Positions 1-8,485 of a DNA stretch of 64,000 bases are shown here, in pieces. The notes under the pieces were generated by a model. It worked only from the letters and a program-made list of their open reading frames with translations. It was not told the DNA's origin and did not search any database. The translations under genes were made by a program, and so were the position numbers. Source of the DNA: Candidatus Methylomirabilota bacterium (GTDB lineage: Bacteria > Methylomirabilota > Methylomirabilia > Rokubacteriales > CSP1-6); NCBI GenBank assembly GCA_036556545.1, contig DATBJF010000020.1:24869-88868 (forward strand), in the 5' to 3' direction. Numbering within the stretch: the stretch's first letter is position 1; each line of letters starts with the position of its first letter.

Positions 1-2
1 CG

Positions 3-578
3 ATAGGGACCCCCTGCGACGGCGAGGAGCTGCGCGTGCTCGACCGCGCGGGACAGCCGGCCGCCGACGGCGAGATCGGCGAGCTCCACATCGGCGGCGT
101 GGGCCTCGGCGCCGGCTACTGGCGCGACCCCGAGACGACCGCGGCGGCCTTCACCACCGGCGCCGACGGCGTCCGTCTCTACCGCACGGGCGACCTGGCC
201 CGCCGCGGCGCCGACGGGCTCGTCTACTTCGTCGGTCGCGCCGACACGCAGATCAAGAGTCGCGGCTATCGGATCGAGCTGGGGGAGATCGAGGCGGCGC
301 TGCATCAGCTGCCGGGCGTCCGGGAATCGGCGATCGTGGCCATCGACACGGGCGGGTTCGAAGGCGCCACCATCTGCTGCGCGTACGCGCCGGTCGACGG
401 CGCCCTCAGCCCGGTCACACTGCGGCGTGCGCTCGCGGGGCTCCTGCCCGCCTACATGCTCCCGGCGCGCTGGCAACGCTTGGATGCGCTGCCCAAGAAT
501 GCCAACGGCAAGATCGATCGGCCCGCCATCCGCGCGGCCTTCGTCGCGGCGGGACGAGGAGAAGGCGATGCGGCATGA
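3..578 (+). CDS. Adenylate-forming (ANL superfamily) amino-acid/acyl adenylation enzyme, C-terminal part; 5' end lies outside the window
   Basis: Frame open from the window edge to the stop at 576-578. Motifs YRTGDLARR, GRADTQIKSRGYRIELGEIE and NANGKIDR (A10 lysine) are typical of adenylation domains. Confidence 0.8.
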   Translation: MGTPCDGEELRVLDRAGQPAADGEIGELHIGGVGLGAGYWRDPETTAAAFTTGADGVRLYRTGDLARRGADGLVYFVGRADTQIKSRGYRIELGEIEAALHQLPGVRESAIVAIDTGGFEGATICCAYAPVDGALSPVTLRRALAGLLPAYMLPARWQRLDALPKNANGKIDRPAIRAAFVAAGRGEGDAA

Positions 579-837
579 CGAGATCTCCATGCGCATCGCG
601 CGAGTGCTGAGCGACCGGCTTGCACGCGACATCCCGGCCGCCGACGCGGACCTCTTCGAGGCCGGCGCACTCGACTCGCTCGGGTTCGCCGGCCTGCTCG
701 TCGGCCTGGAGGACGAGTTCGGCATACACTTCGCCGTCGACGTCATCGACTTCGAGCGGTTCCGAACGCTGGCCCGGCTCTGCGACGTCGTCCGCGAGAG
801 CCTCGGCGCCTCGAGCCGCGTGGAGCGCGCGGCATGA
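568..837 (+). CDS. Acyl/peptidyl carrier protein (89 aa)
   Basis: In-frame ATG at 568 inside ORF 427..837. GALDSLGF phosphopantetheine-serine motif. Overlaps the upstream stop by 11 nt. Confidence 0.75.
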   Translation: MRHDEISMRIARVLSDRLARDIPAADADLFEAGALDSLGFAGLLVGLEDEFGIHFAVDVIDFERFRTLARLCDVVRESLGASSRVERAA

Positions 838-1907
838 CCCGGATCCGCGCCTTCCGCAAGGATGACATCCCGGCCGTGATCGCGCTGCGGGCGGAGAGCT
901 TTCGCCGGAGCGAGCAGGGCGAGACCGGTGCGCTGCCCTCCTACATCGCCGAGGTGTTCTTCGGGAATCCCTGGTACGACGAGGAGCTTCCGTCGCTGGT
1001 GGCCGAGAACGCCGACGGCCGACTGGTCGGCTTTCTCGGCATCGTGCCGCGGCGCATGACGCTGGGCGACCGGCCCCTGCGGGTGGCGACCACCACGCAG
1101 CTCATGGTGGCGCGCACGGCCGCACCGCCCGTCGCGTCGCAGCTGCTCCGCGCGCTCTTCGACGGGCCCCAGGACTTTGCGCTGGCCGACGTCGCCTCGC
1201 TGCCGGCGCGACGACTCTGGGAATCGCTCGGCGGCGTCACCGCGACGACGCTCAGCCTGAGCTGGATACGCCTGCTGCGCCCGTTCCGCCACCTGGTTTC
1301 ACGGGCGGCCGGGGACGGTCGGCTGGCCCGCGCGGCGGCGGCGTTGACCACTCCGATCGACGCCGCGGCGACCCGGCTCATCGCCGCCTGCGCGCGGCCC
1401 CTGACGCCGGCGAGCGGAGCGCGTCGGCCGTTGAGTGACGGCGACGTCGCCGACTGCCTCGCGACCAGCCTCGATGGCGGGACCGTGCGCGGCTGCCATG
1501 ACCGCACCTCGGTGACATGGCTGCTGGAGATGATGCGGCGCCGGCGATCCTACGGTCCGCTGACGACGAGCCGGGTCGTCGACGTCCGCGGCGCGCTCCT
1601 CGGCTGGTACGTCTGCCATGCGCCGGCCGGCGGCTGCGCTCGCGTCGTCCACGTGGGCGCCCGACCGCACGCGGCCGGGATCGTGCTCCACCATCTCTTC
1701 GAGGACGCCTGGCGGCGTCGCTGCACGGCCGTGACCGGTCGCTTCGACACGCGGCTGGTGGACGCGCTCGCCGCGCACCGGGCCTTCGTCTACTGGCCCG
1801 ACACCTGGGTCCTCGTCCACGCGCGCGACCGCGAGCTGCGCGCCGCGGTCGCGCGCGACGACGCGGCGCTCACGCGCCTCGATGGGGAGTGGTGGATGGG
1901 GTTTTGA
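834..1907 (+). CDS. GNAT-like acyltransferase family protein (357 aa)
   Basis: ATGA overlap with the carrier-protein stop. The N-terminus (IRAFRKDDIPAVIALRAESF ... LVGFLGIVPRRM) resembles GNAT-fold proteins seen beside acyl-AMP ligase/ACP pairs. Family assignment is by memory only. Confidence 0.5.
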   Translation: MTRIRAFRKDDIPAVIALRAESFRRSEQGETGALPSYIAEVFFGNPWYDEELPSLVAENADGRLVGFLGIVPRRMTLGDRPLRVATTTQLMVARTAAPPVASQLLRALFDGPQDFALADVASLPARRLWESLGGVTATTLSLSWIRLLRPFRHLVSRAAGDGRLARAAAALTTPIDAAATRLIAACARPLTPASGARRPLSDGDVADCLATSLDGGTVRGCHDRTSVTWLLEMMRRRRSYGPLTTSRVVDVRGALLGWYVCHAPAGGCARVVHVGARPHAAGIVLHHLFEDAWRRRCTAVTGRFDTRLVDALAAHRAFVYWPDTWVLVHARDRELRAAVARDDAALTRLDGEWWMGF

Positions 1908-1919
1908 CATGCACCGGCC

Positions 1920-2579
1920 TCATCCGGTGGCGGCGGACGCCAGCAATCCGGGCAGCCGGCTCATGTCACGAAACACCACCACTCCCGCCCCTTCCAACCG
2001 CGACGCCGGCGTCAAGCCGCCCGCGTAGCCGAACGCGCGCATCCCCGCCGCCCGCGCCGCCTCGATGCCATAGGGCGAGTCCTCGACGACCGCGCACGCC
2101 TCCGGCGCCACGCCCATGCGCGAGGCCGCATACAGGAAGAGGTCGGGCGCCGGCTTGCCGCGCACGACGTCGTCGACGCTGAAGATCCGGCCGACGAACC
2201 GCTCGTAGAGGCCGGTGAGGCCGAGGGTGAAGCGCATCTTCTCGTGGGTGCCGCTCGAGGCGACGCAGGTGGGCAGCGTGATCTGGTCGAGCGCTTCGAT
2301 GACGCCGGGCACCGGGGTGAGCTCGGCCGCGAAGGCGTCACGATAGAGCGATCTGAACTCTGCCTCCCAGTCGTCGGGAAGCGCGCGGCCGAGGTGGGCC
2401 TCGATGGCGGCCTTGACGGAGCGATCGGAGAGGCCGACGAAGCGCTCGATGACCTCGGCTTCGGTGAGGGTCCAGCCGAGCTTGGCGAGGACCTTGACGT
2501 CGGTCCGGACGGCGATGCGTTCACTGTCCACCAGGACGCCGTCGCAGTCGAAGATCACCAGCTCCAGGGCGCGGCGCAT
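1920..2579 (-). CDS. HAD-superfamily hydrolase (beta-phosphoglucomutase-like subfamily IA)
   Basis: VIFDCDGVLVDSE (DxDxV), GKPAPD and VVEDS motifs. 219 aa. Confidence 0.8.
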   Translation of the reverse strand: MRRALELVIFDCDGVLVDSERIAVRTDVKVLAKLGWTLTEAEVIERFVGLSDRSVKAAIEAHLGRALPDDWEAEFRSLYRDAFAAELTPVPGVIEALDQITLPTCVASSGTHEKMRFTLGLTGLYERFVGRIFSVDDVVRGKPAPDLFLYAASRMGVAPEACAVVEDSPYGIEAARAAGMRAFGYAGGLTPASRLEGAGVVVFRDMSRLPGLLASAATG

Positions 2580-2595
2580 GGGCCGGCGCCGCGGC

Positions 2596-2802
2596 TTACG
2601 GCAGGGTGATGAAAGCGTAGCCGACGGAGCGGATCTCTTCCTCGGCTTTCGGACGCGCCCGGCGGTCTTCGTCGCGGCTCCCGTCCGCCATGGTGCGCCG
2701 ATCGAGGATGACGTCGACGTTGGTAGCCTCGGCGAAGGTCTCGCTGAGGTACCGGAACAAATCCGGGCGGTCGCGCGCCACCACGAAGATCTCGCGGTTC
2801 AT
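2596..2802 (-). CDS. Small hypothetical protein (68 aa, Arg/Asp-rich centre)
   Basis: Internal ATG of ORF 2596..3027 (MNREIFVVARDRPDLFRYL...). High GC3 codon pattern. Lies 22 nt downstream of the DUF4340 gene on the same strand. No strong SD seen. Confidence 0.5.
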   Translation of the reverse strand: MNREIFVVARDRPDLFRYLSETFAEATNVDVILDRRTMADGSRDEDRRARPKAEEEIRSVGYAFITLP

Positions 2803-2824
2803 GGCCCGCGAATGTAACACGAGG

Positions 2825-4591
2825 TCAGCCCTGAAAGTCATCCGGGATCTTCGGTTCAGTGCCGAGCGTCCTGGCATCGACGGCATAGATCGTTGGGCCT
2901 GTGCCGGTTCGCACATAGGCGCGGTCACCGTCACGTTTTCCGACAGTGAGCTTCGCCAGCTCGGTACCGTCGCTCTTGAGGAGGACGACTTCCATCGTGG
3001 GCGTATCGAGGCCGAACTTGGCGGCATCGTCGCCGCCCGGTGACACGATGTCCTTCCAGCGCAGCGCGCGGACGCTGAAGAGGACGTCCTCCACGCGCGC
3101 GCCCTTGGCGGCGCCCCTGGTCGGCTCCACGAGCTTCCAGTCCGTCTCGCCGCTGCGCTCCAGCACCGCCGTCTGGCCGCCGGCGCGCACGCGAAGGCGC
3201 TTGACGTCCTTCGGCTCGACCCCGGAGAAGAGCGCGTGCTCGCGGAGGTCGGTCACCGAGCGCGCGAGGTCGTCGAGGGCCTTGGCCTCCACCAGCACCA
3301 CGGGCCCCTTGTCGGCGACGGCGGCGTAGGCCGTCGGCTGCCCGCTGCGACGCTCGGTGGACGGCGCGAGGAGCACCGTCGTCGGCGCCCCTCCTTCCTC
3401 GGTCAGCGTGAGCTTCACCGTCGCCTTCGGCAGGAAGCGCGGAATCGCGGAGGCGTCGTCGCTCAGGAATGCTTGCGCGCGGACCTCGCGGAGGCGGGCG
3501 AGCAGCGCCCCGGCTTCCACCTGGTCCGCGGGCAGCGCCTCGGGCGCGGCGATGCGCCAGCGGTCTTTCTCCTTCACGAGCGTCACGGTGCCCTTCGGGC
3601 TCTCGAGCTCGACGCGCGCGATCTTGTCGCGCTCGAAATCCACGAACTGCTTGTTGCGGATGGCCGCCACGTTGCGCGGCACGAGCTTGCCGACCTCCTC
3701 GGGCAGCAGCAGCACGCTCGCCTCGCCCTCGCGCATGGCGTACACGCCCTTCTTCTCGGCGTCCGTCCGGCCGACGAGCAGCGTGCGGGTCGCGCGGTCC
3801 TTGTCCTTGCCCGTGTGGACGCTGATCCGCACCGGCCGCTCGAGCCCGTAGCTCTGGCGGGAGCGCGGCGCCTCGGCCACGAACTCCTTCACCTTCGCGG
3901 TGGCGAGCTTCTCGAGCAGGTCGTTCATCTCGGGAGTGTCGGCGGGCAACGCCACGGGCCGCGTGATGCGCCACCTGTTGTCCGGCGTCGGCTCGACCGC
4001 GATCGTGTCGGCGTCGGTGACGATCTCGACGCCGGTGACGTCCCGGCGCTCGAAGGCGAGGATGGTCCGATCGCGGAAGTCGACCACCGGCCGCGTGGCC
4101 TCGCGCAAGATGCTGTCGGACAGCGCGACGATGGTTTCCTTGCCCTGCTCGCGCGCGTAGACCCAGACGCCGGTCGGGGACTTCGCGCCGAGGTCGATCC
4201 CGACCTGCTTGCCGTCCTTCAGCGTCAGCGCCACCTGCGCCGCCGGCTTGTCGAGGCCGAAGTCCGCGAGCGACGCCGGCTTCGGCTCGATCTCGCGGTC
4301 GATCTTGGCGGTGAGGATGGTGGTCAGCGCGTCGTCCACGGTGCCCTTGTTGCCGCGCGCCTCGAGCGGGGCCGTGAGGCGCCACGCGTCGCCCTCGCGC
4401 TTGAGCACCACCGTGTCGTCCGGGCGCTTGAGCTCGACCGCGGTGACGTCGGCCGCCTCGGCCACGAACACGCGGCCCTTGCGACTCTCCGCGCGCTCAC
4501 GCTCGGGCGCCCAGCGAACCTCGTACAGATAGTAGAAGCCGGCCACGAGGACGAGGAGCACCGCGAGCACGACGGACGTCCGCCAGCGCAT
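2825..4591 (-). CDS. DUF4340-like protein (N-terminal TM anchor, repeated beta-rich modules)
   Basis: 588 aa with N-terminal hydrophobic helix VVLAVLLVLVAGFYYLY. Sits immediately downstream of a GldG-like gene, the usual DUF4340 context. Confidence 0.65.
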   Translation of the reverse strand: MRWRTSVVLAVLLVLVAGFYYLYEVRWAPERERAESRKGRVFVAEAADVTAVELKRPDDTVVLKREGDAWRLTAPLEARGNKGTVDDALTTILTAKIDREIEPKPASLADFGLDKPAAQVALTLKDGKQVGIDLGAKSPTGVWVYAREQGKETIVALSDSILREATRPVVDFRDRTILAFERRDVTGVEIVTDADTIAVEPTPDNRWRITRPVALPADTPEMNDLLEKLATAKVKEFVAEAPRSRQSYGLERPVRISVHTGKDKDRATRTLLVGRTDAEKKGVYAMREGEASVLLLPEEVGKLVPRNVAAIRNKQFVDFERDKIARVELESPKGTVTLVKEKDRWRIAAPEALPADQVEAGALLARLREVRAQAFLSDDASAIPRFLPKATVKLTLTEEGGAPTTVLLAPSTERRSGQPTAYAAVADKGPVVLVEAKALDDLARSVTDLREHALFSGVEPKDVKRLRVRAGGQTAVLERSGETDWKLVEPTRGAAKGARVEDVLFSVRALRWKDIVSPGGDDAAKFGLDTPTMEVVLLKSDGTELAKLTVGKRDGDRAYVRTGTGPTIYAVDARTLGTEPKIPDDFQG

Positions 4592-4597
4592 CGGCGG

Positions 4598-6139
4598 CTA
4601 CTTGGCGGAACGGCGACGGATCAGCGCGACCACGCCGCCCGCGAGCACGAGCCCCGGCAGCACGACCACGGGCAGCCAGAACACCAGCTGACCTTGCCGC
4701 GCGCTCAGGAAGATCGGGCTCTGGCGAGAGTCCTTCGGCCGCACCGAGATCTGATCCTCTTCCTCGGCGAGCCAGGACACCGTGTTCAGGAAGAAGTCGC
4801 GGTTGCCTTGCAGGTTGAGGAACTGGTTGGTCGCGAGGTTCGACGTGCCGTACACGACCAGCCGCGCCTTGTCCTTCGTGGCCACCACCGCCACGCTGAG
4901 CGGCCCCTTCGGATCCTGCGGGTCCGGCTTGGCCGTCCCCTGCTGGAGGGCGTCGCGGTCGGTTTCGCCCCACGAGTCGGGGCTGGTACGCGCCAGCGGC
5001 GTGACGTTGACGCCCGGCGGCGCCGGCTTCGTCACCTCGAGCGAGCGCGTGATCGGGAACAGGGTCGTGATGCCGCCGAGGTCCCGCGTGATGTCGTGCG
5101 GCTCGTACTGCTGGATCAGCGGCACCTCGGGCCCGATGCCGAACAGGCGGCCGATCGGGCTCAGCTCGACGATGAGGTTGTCGGCCGGCACCACGCCCCA
5201 CCTGGCCAGCAGCTTCTTCACGCTCGCGTCCTGCACCCGCTGCGGGAACGGCGGGTCCACCATCACCAGCACCTTGCCGCCGCGGCCAAGATAACCGTCG
5301 AGCGCGTCGAGCTCCGGCGGGAACAGCTCCGTCCGCGGTCCGGCCATGATCACGACGGCGGCGTCGGCGGCGATCTTGCCCTCGCGCGCCAGCGCCAGCG
5401 GCTTCACCTCGTAGTTGGCGCGCTCGAGGGCGCCCTTGGCCTCGGAGAATCCCTGCCGTTCGGTGTTGCCCAGCTCGTGCTCGCCGTGCCCCTGCAGCAC
5501 GTAGACGACGCGCTTGCCCTCGCGCGTCAGCTTCACCAGCCCATTCGTGAGCTTCTCCTCCTCGGCGTCGTTGATCTTCTCCGAGCGGTTCTTCGTCTCC
5601 AGCACGATGGTCCCGTACGCCTCCACGCCGTAGCGGCGCGCCAGCGTCGGATCGCGGTCCGGGTCGACGACCTTCCACGTGAACTTGCCGCCGGAGTAGC
5701 CGGCGTACTGCTTGAAGAGGTCCTCGGCCACGCGCTTGCCGGGCTGGTCGGAGCGGAAGAAGCCGACGGCGTTGACGTCGGTCTTGAGCCCCCGCAGCAG
5801 ATTGATCGTCTGCGAGGAGAGGCTGTGGCGCTTGGTCTCGGTGAGGTCGAAGCGCTTGCTGTGCCGGACGGAGAGCGCCTCGACGAAGCCGATGAGCCCG
5901 ATGACGAGCACGATGGAGATGGCGGACTGCAGTCCGTAGCGCAGCGTGCGCGTCCCGAGCGAGCGGCGCGCGTCGGCCAGCCGCGGCAGCGCCGACAGCA
6001 CCACGAGCACGATGCCGGCGGCCACCAGCGGCCACCAGAAGCGGCCGTAGTCGCGCAGGCGAGGCACGAACTGCTGGACCACGGCCGCGCCCAGGCAGAC
6101 GAGCCCGATGTAGAACGCCCAGTCGGTCAGCCGCTGCAT
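4598..6139 (-). CDS. GldG-like ABC-transporter auxiliary protein
   Basis: 513 aa with N- and C-terminal TM segments flanking a large soluble region. Follows ABC-2 permease and ATPase genes. Confidence 0.7.
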   Translation of the reverse strand: MQRLTDWAFYIGLVCLGAAVVQQFVPRLRDYGRFWWPLVAAGIVLVVLSALPRLADARRSLGTRTLRYGLQSAISIVLVIGLIGFVEALSVRHSKRFDLTETKRHSLSSQTINLLRGLKTDVNAVGFFRSDQPGKRVAEDLFKQYAGYSGGKFTWKVVDPDRDPTLARRYGVEAYGTIVLETKNRSEKINDAEEEKLTNGLVKLTREGKRVVYVLQGHGEHELGNTERQGFSEAKGALERANYEVKPLALAREGKIAADAAVVIMAGPRTELFPPELDALDGYLGRGGKVLVMVDPPFPQRVQDASVKKLLARWGVVPADNLIVELSPIGRLFGIGPEVPLIQQYEPHDITRDLGGITTLFPITRSLEVTKPAPPGVNVTPLARTSPDSWGETDRDALQQGTAKPDPQDPKGPLSVAVVATKDKARLVVYGTSNLATNQFLNLQGNRDFFLNTVSWLAEEEDQISVRPKDSRQSPIFLSARQGQLVFWLPVVVLPGLVLAGGVVALIRRRSAK

Positions 6140-6160
6140 CGGCCTAGCCCTTCCACCGGC

Positions 6161-6245
6161 ATGGGGGCCCCGAAATGGCCCCCATACCCCCCGACGTTCG
6201 GAGCGCCCCGGCTGCGCCGGGGCGCTCCTCTTTCTCGGTCATACT
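6161..6245 (+). repeat. GC-rich double-hairpin repeat element, copy A (REP/MITE-like)
   Basis: Contains GGGGGCC-ccgaaat-GGCCCCC and the perfect hairpin GAGCGCCCCGGC-tgc-GCCGGGGCGCTC. Related copies at 17815-17888, 53045-53117 and 57152-57351. Flanked by an 18-bp direct repeat (6143-6160 / 6246-6263). Confidence 0.7.
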
Positions 6246-6246
6246 C

Positions 6247-7026
6247 CTAGCCCTTCCACCGGCGCGCCTCGAGCGAGCGCAGCGTCAGGAACAGCGCCAG
6301 GATGGTGAAGTTCACGTAGTAGAGGATGTCCTTCGTCTCGAACACGCCCTTGCCGAAGCTCTCGAAGTGCTCGGTGATCGACAGGTGCTGGAGCAGCTTG
6401 CCCCACCACGCCCCGCCGGCGGCGTCGGCGCCCCAGCCGAGCACCCAGAACATCAGCAGAATGCCGAACGTCGTCACCGCCGCCACGATCTGGTTCTCCG
6501 TCAGCGACGAGGCGAAGAGTCCCACGGCCAGGAACGCCGACCCCATGAGGAGCAGCCCGGCGTACCCCGTGAGGACGGCGCCCCACTCCACTCGCGCGCC
6601 CATGTAGAACATCATCAGCGGATACAGCAGCGTCAGCAGGAGCAGGATGCCGTAGAACGCCAGCGACGCCAGGTACTTCCCCATCAGCACGGCGCCGTCG
6701 CGGACCGGATACGTCAGCAGCAGCTCGATGGTCCCGCTGCGGCGCTCCTCGGCGAAGAGGCGCATGGTCAGGAGCGGCATCAGCGAGAGCAGCAGGATGA
6801 CGGCGATGTTCGAGAAGAGCGGTCTCAAGATTCCGTCGGTCGTGTTGAGATCTTGCTGGCCCATCATCGGCGACATGCCGGCACGCAAGGTGGCCTGGGC
6901 GTAGAACTGGAAGATCTGCGAGAAGAACCAGCCCATCACCAGCAGGAAGATGGCGAGGATCACGTAGGCGACCGTGGACGTGAAGAAGATCCGCAGCTCC
7001 TTCTTGAAGATGGGCCACACCCTCAT
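6247..7026 (-). CDS. ABC-2 type transporter permease (GldF-like)
   Basis: 259 aa, multi-TM hydrophobic profile. ATGA-type overlap with the upstream ATPase gene. Confidence 0.75.
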   Translation of the reverse strand: MRVWPIFKKELRIFFTSTVAYVILAIFLLVMGWFFSQIFQFYAQATLRAGMSPMMGQQDLNTTDGILRPLFSNIAVILLLSLMPLLTMRLFAEERRSGTIELLLTYPVRDGAVLMGKYLASLAFYGILLLLTLLYPLMMFYMGARVEWGAVLTGYAGLLLMGSAFLAVGLFASSLTENQIVAAVTTFGILLMFWVLGWGADAAGGAWWGKLLQHLSITEHFESFGKGVFETKDILYYVNFTILALFLTLRSLEARRWKG

Positions 7027-8012
7027 GGCGTCTTCTCGACCTCCACCGCCTCGGTGGCCGGGGCCGGCTCGGTGTCCGTCTCCTCGCCGGCCACGACACG
7101 CATGAAGACTTCCTCGAGCGTCATGCCGACCCGGCGCAGCTCGCGCAGGCTCCAGCGCTTGTCGGCCGCGAGCTGGAAGATCTCCGCCCGCACGTCGCGG
7201 GCCCGCGCCGACTCGACCACGTAGCGCCCGCCGCCGCCGTCGCTGCTCGTCTCGGTGACGCCGACCACGCCCGGGATGCTCTGCATGGCCTCGCGCGCCG
7301 CCGGATCGGCCTTGGCCAGCTCCACCTCGACCCGCGAGGACGGGAAGAACTGCTCGACCAGCATGTCGATCGGCCCCTGCGCCACGATGGTGCCCTTGTT
7401 GATGATCACCACCGAGTTACACACCATCGACACTTCCGGCAGGATGTGCGTCGACAGGATCACCGTGTGCTCGCCGGCGAGCGACTTGATCAGCGCGCGG
7501 ATCTCGGCGATCTGGCGCGGATCGAGCCCGATCGTGGGCTCGTCGAGGATCAGGACGTGCGGGTCGCTCACGATGGCCTGGGCCAGGCCGACGCGCTGGC
7601 GATAGCCCTTCGAAAGCGTGCCGATGAACCGGTTCTGGACGTCCGCGATCAGGCAGCGGTCCATCGCCTCCGCCACCCGGCGGCGCCGCTCGCCACGGCC
7701 GATACCTTTCACCTCCGCCACGAAGTCCAGATACGGCGCCACCCGCATCTCGTTGTAGAGCGGCACGCTCTCCGGCAGGTAGCCGATGCGCTTGCGCACC
7801 TCCATGGACTCGCGGAAGACGTCGTACCCGGCCACGCGCGCGGTGCCACCGCTGGCCGGCATGAAGCACGACAGGATGCGCATGGTGGTCGACTTGCCCG
7901 CGCCGTTGGGCCCGAGGAAGCCGACGACTTCACCGGGCGTGACGCTGAACGACACGTCCCGGATCGCCGTGACAGGACCGTAGTACTTCGTCAGATTCTG
8001 AACTTCGATCAT
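7023..8012 (-). CDS. ABC transporter ATP-binding protein (GldA-like)
   Basis: Walker A GPNGAGKST, signature LSKGYRQR, Walker B LILDEPT. Confidence 0.9.
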   Translation of the reverse strand: MIEVQNLTKYYGPVTAIRDVSFSVTPGEVVGFLGPNGAGKSTTMRILSCFMPASGGTARVAGYDVFRESMEVRKRIGYLPESVPLYNEMRVAPYLDFVAEVKGIGRGERRRRVAEAMDRCLIADVQNRFIGTLSKGYRQRVGLAQAIVSDPHVLILDEPTIGLDPRQIAEIRALIKSLAGEHTVILSTHILPEVSMVCNSVVIINKGTIVAQGPIDMLVEQFFPSSRVEVELAKADPAAREAMQSIPGVVGVTETSSDGGGGRYVVESARARDVRAEIFQLAADKRWSLRELRRVGMTLEEVFMRVVAGEETDTEPAPATEAVEVEKTP

Positions 8013-8062
8013 TGGTTCTGGTCGGCCGAAAAGTAACTATACCCGACGGGTCAAGGCGTGCG

Positions 8063-8485
8063 CTAGGCCCTCGACGAAATCGCCGGGGCCGGAACCACCG
8101 GCATGATACTCACCAGCCATTCCGGGACGGCGATCATTTTGCTGGTCGAAGGGTCCCAGCACGCGTGGAGGGTGGTCCCGCTGGCCACGCGCTCGCCCTG
8201 CTCGTTCAGCAGCTCGTACGCGAACCGGAAGCTGGCACGCTTGCGCTCGGCGATCCAGCAGCGCGCCTCGAGCAGGTCGTCGAGCACGGCCGGCTTGTGA
8301 TAGCGCACGGTGGCCTCCACCACCGGCATGTGCACTTTCTGGTCGACCTCGGACATCGCATGCCCCTGCTGGCGCAGGAACTCCACGCGCGCGACCTCGA
8401 AGTAGGTCAGGTAGTTGCCGTAGTAGACCACCTTCATGCAGTCCGTGTCCTTGTAGCGGACGCGGATCTTCGTCGACGAGATCAC
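8063..8485 (-). CDS. Acyl-CoA thioesterase, YbgC/4HBT hotdog family
   Basis: GTG start at 8485 overlapping the AAA gene stop (GTGA). IRVRYKDTDCMKVVYYGNYLTYFE is the typical YbgC N-terminus. Confidence 0.75.
   Translation of the reverse strand: MISSTKIRVRYKDTDCMKVVYYGNYLTYFEVARVEFLRQQGHAMSEVDQKVHMPVVEATVRYHKPAVLDDLLEARCWIAERKRASFRFAYELLNEQGERVASGTTLHACWDPSTSKMIAVPEWLVSIMPVVPAPAISSRA

Noticed and set aside
3236-6250. Very long ORFs antisense to annotated genes. Examples: 3236..6250 (+), 8797..10710 (+), 33815..36055 (+), 53239..55920 (-), 39809..42148 (-), 43438..45351 (-).
   Set aside because: Their translations are Arg/Ala/Gly/Pro-rich low-complexity strings with no motifs. They mirror well-supported genes on the other strand. 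These are the shadow ORFs expected at about 70% GC.
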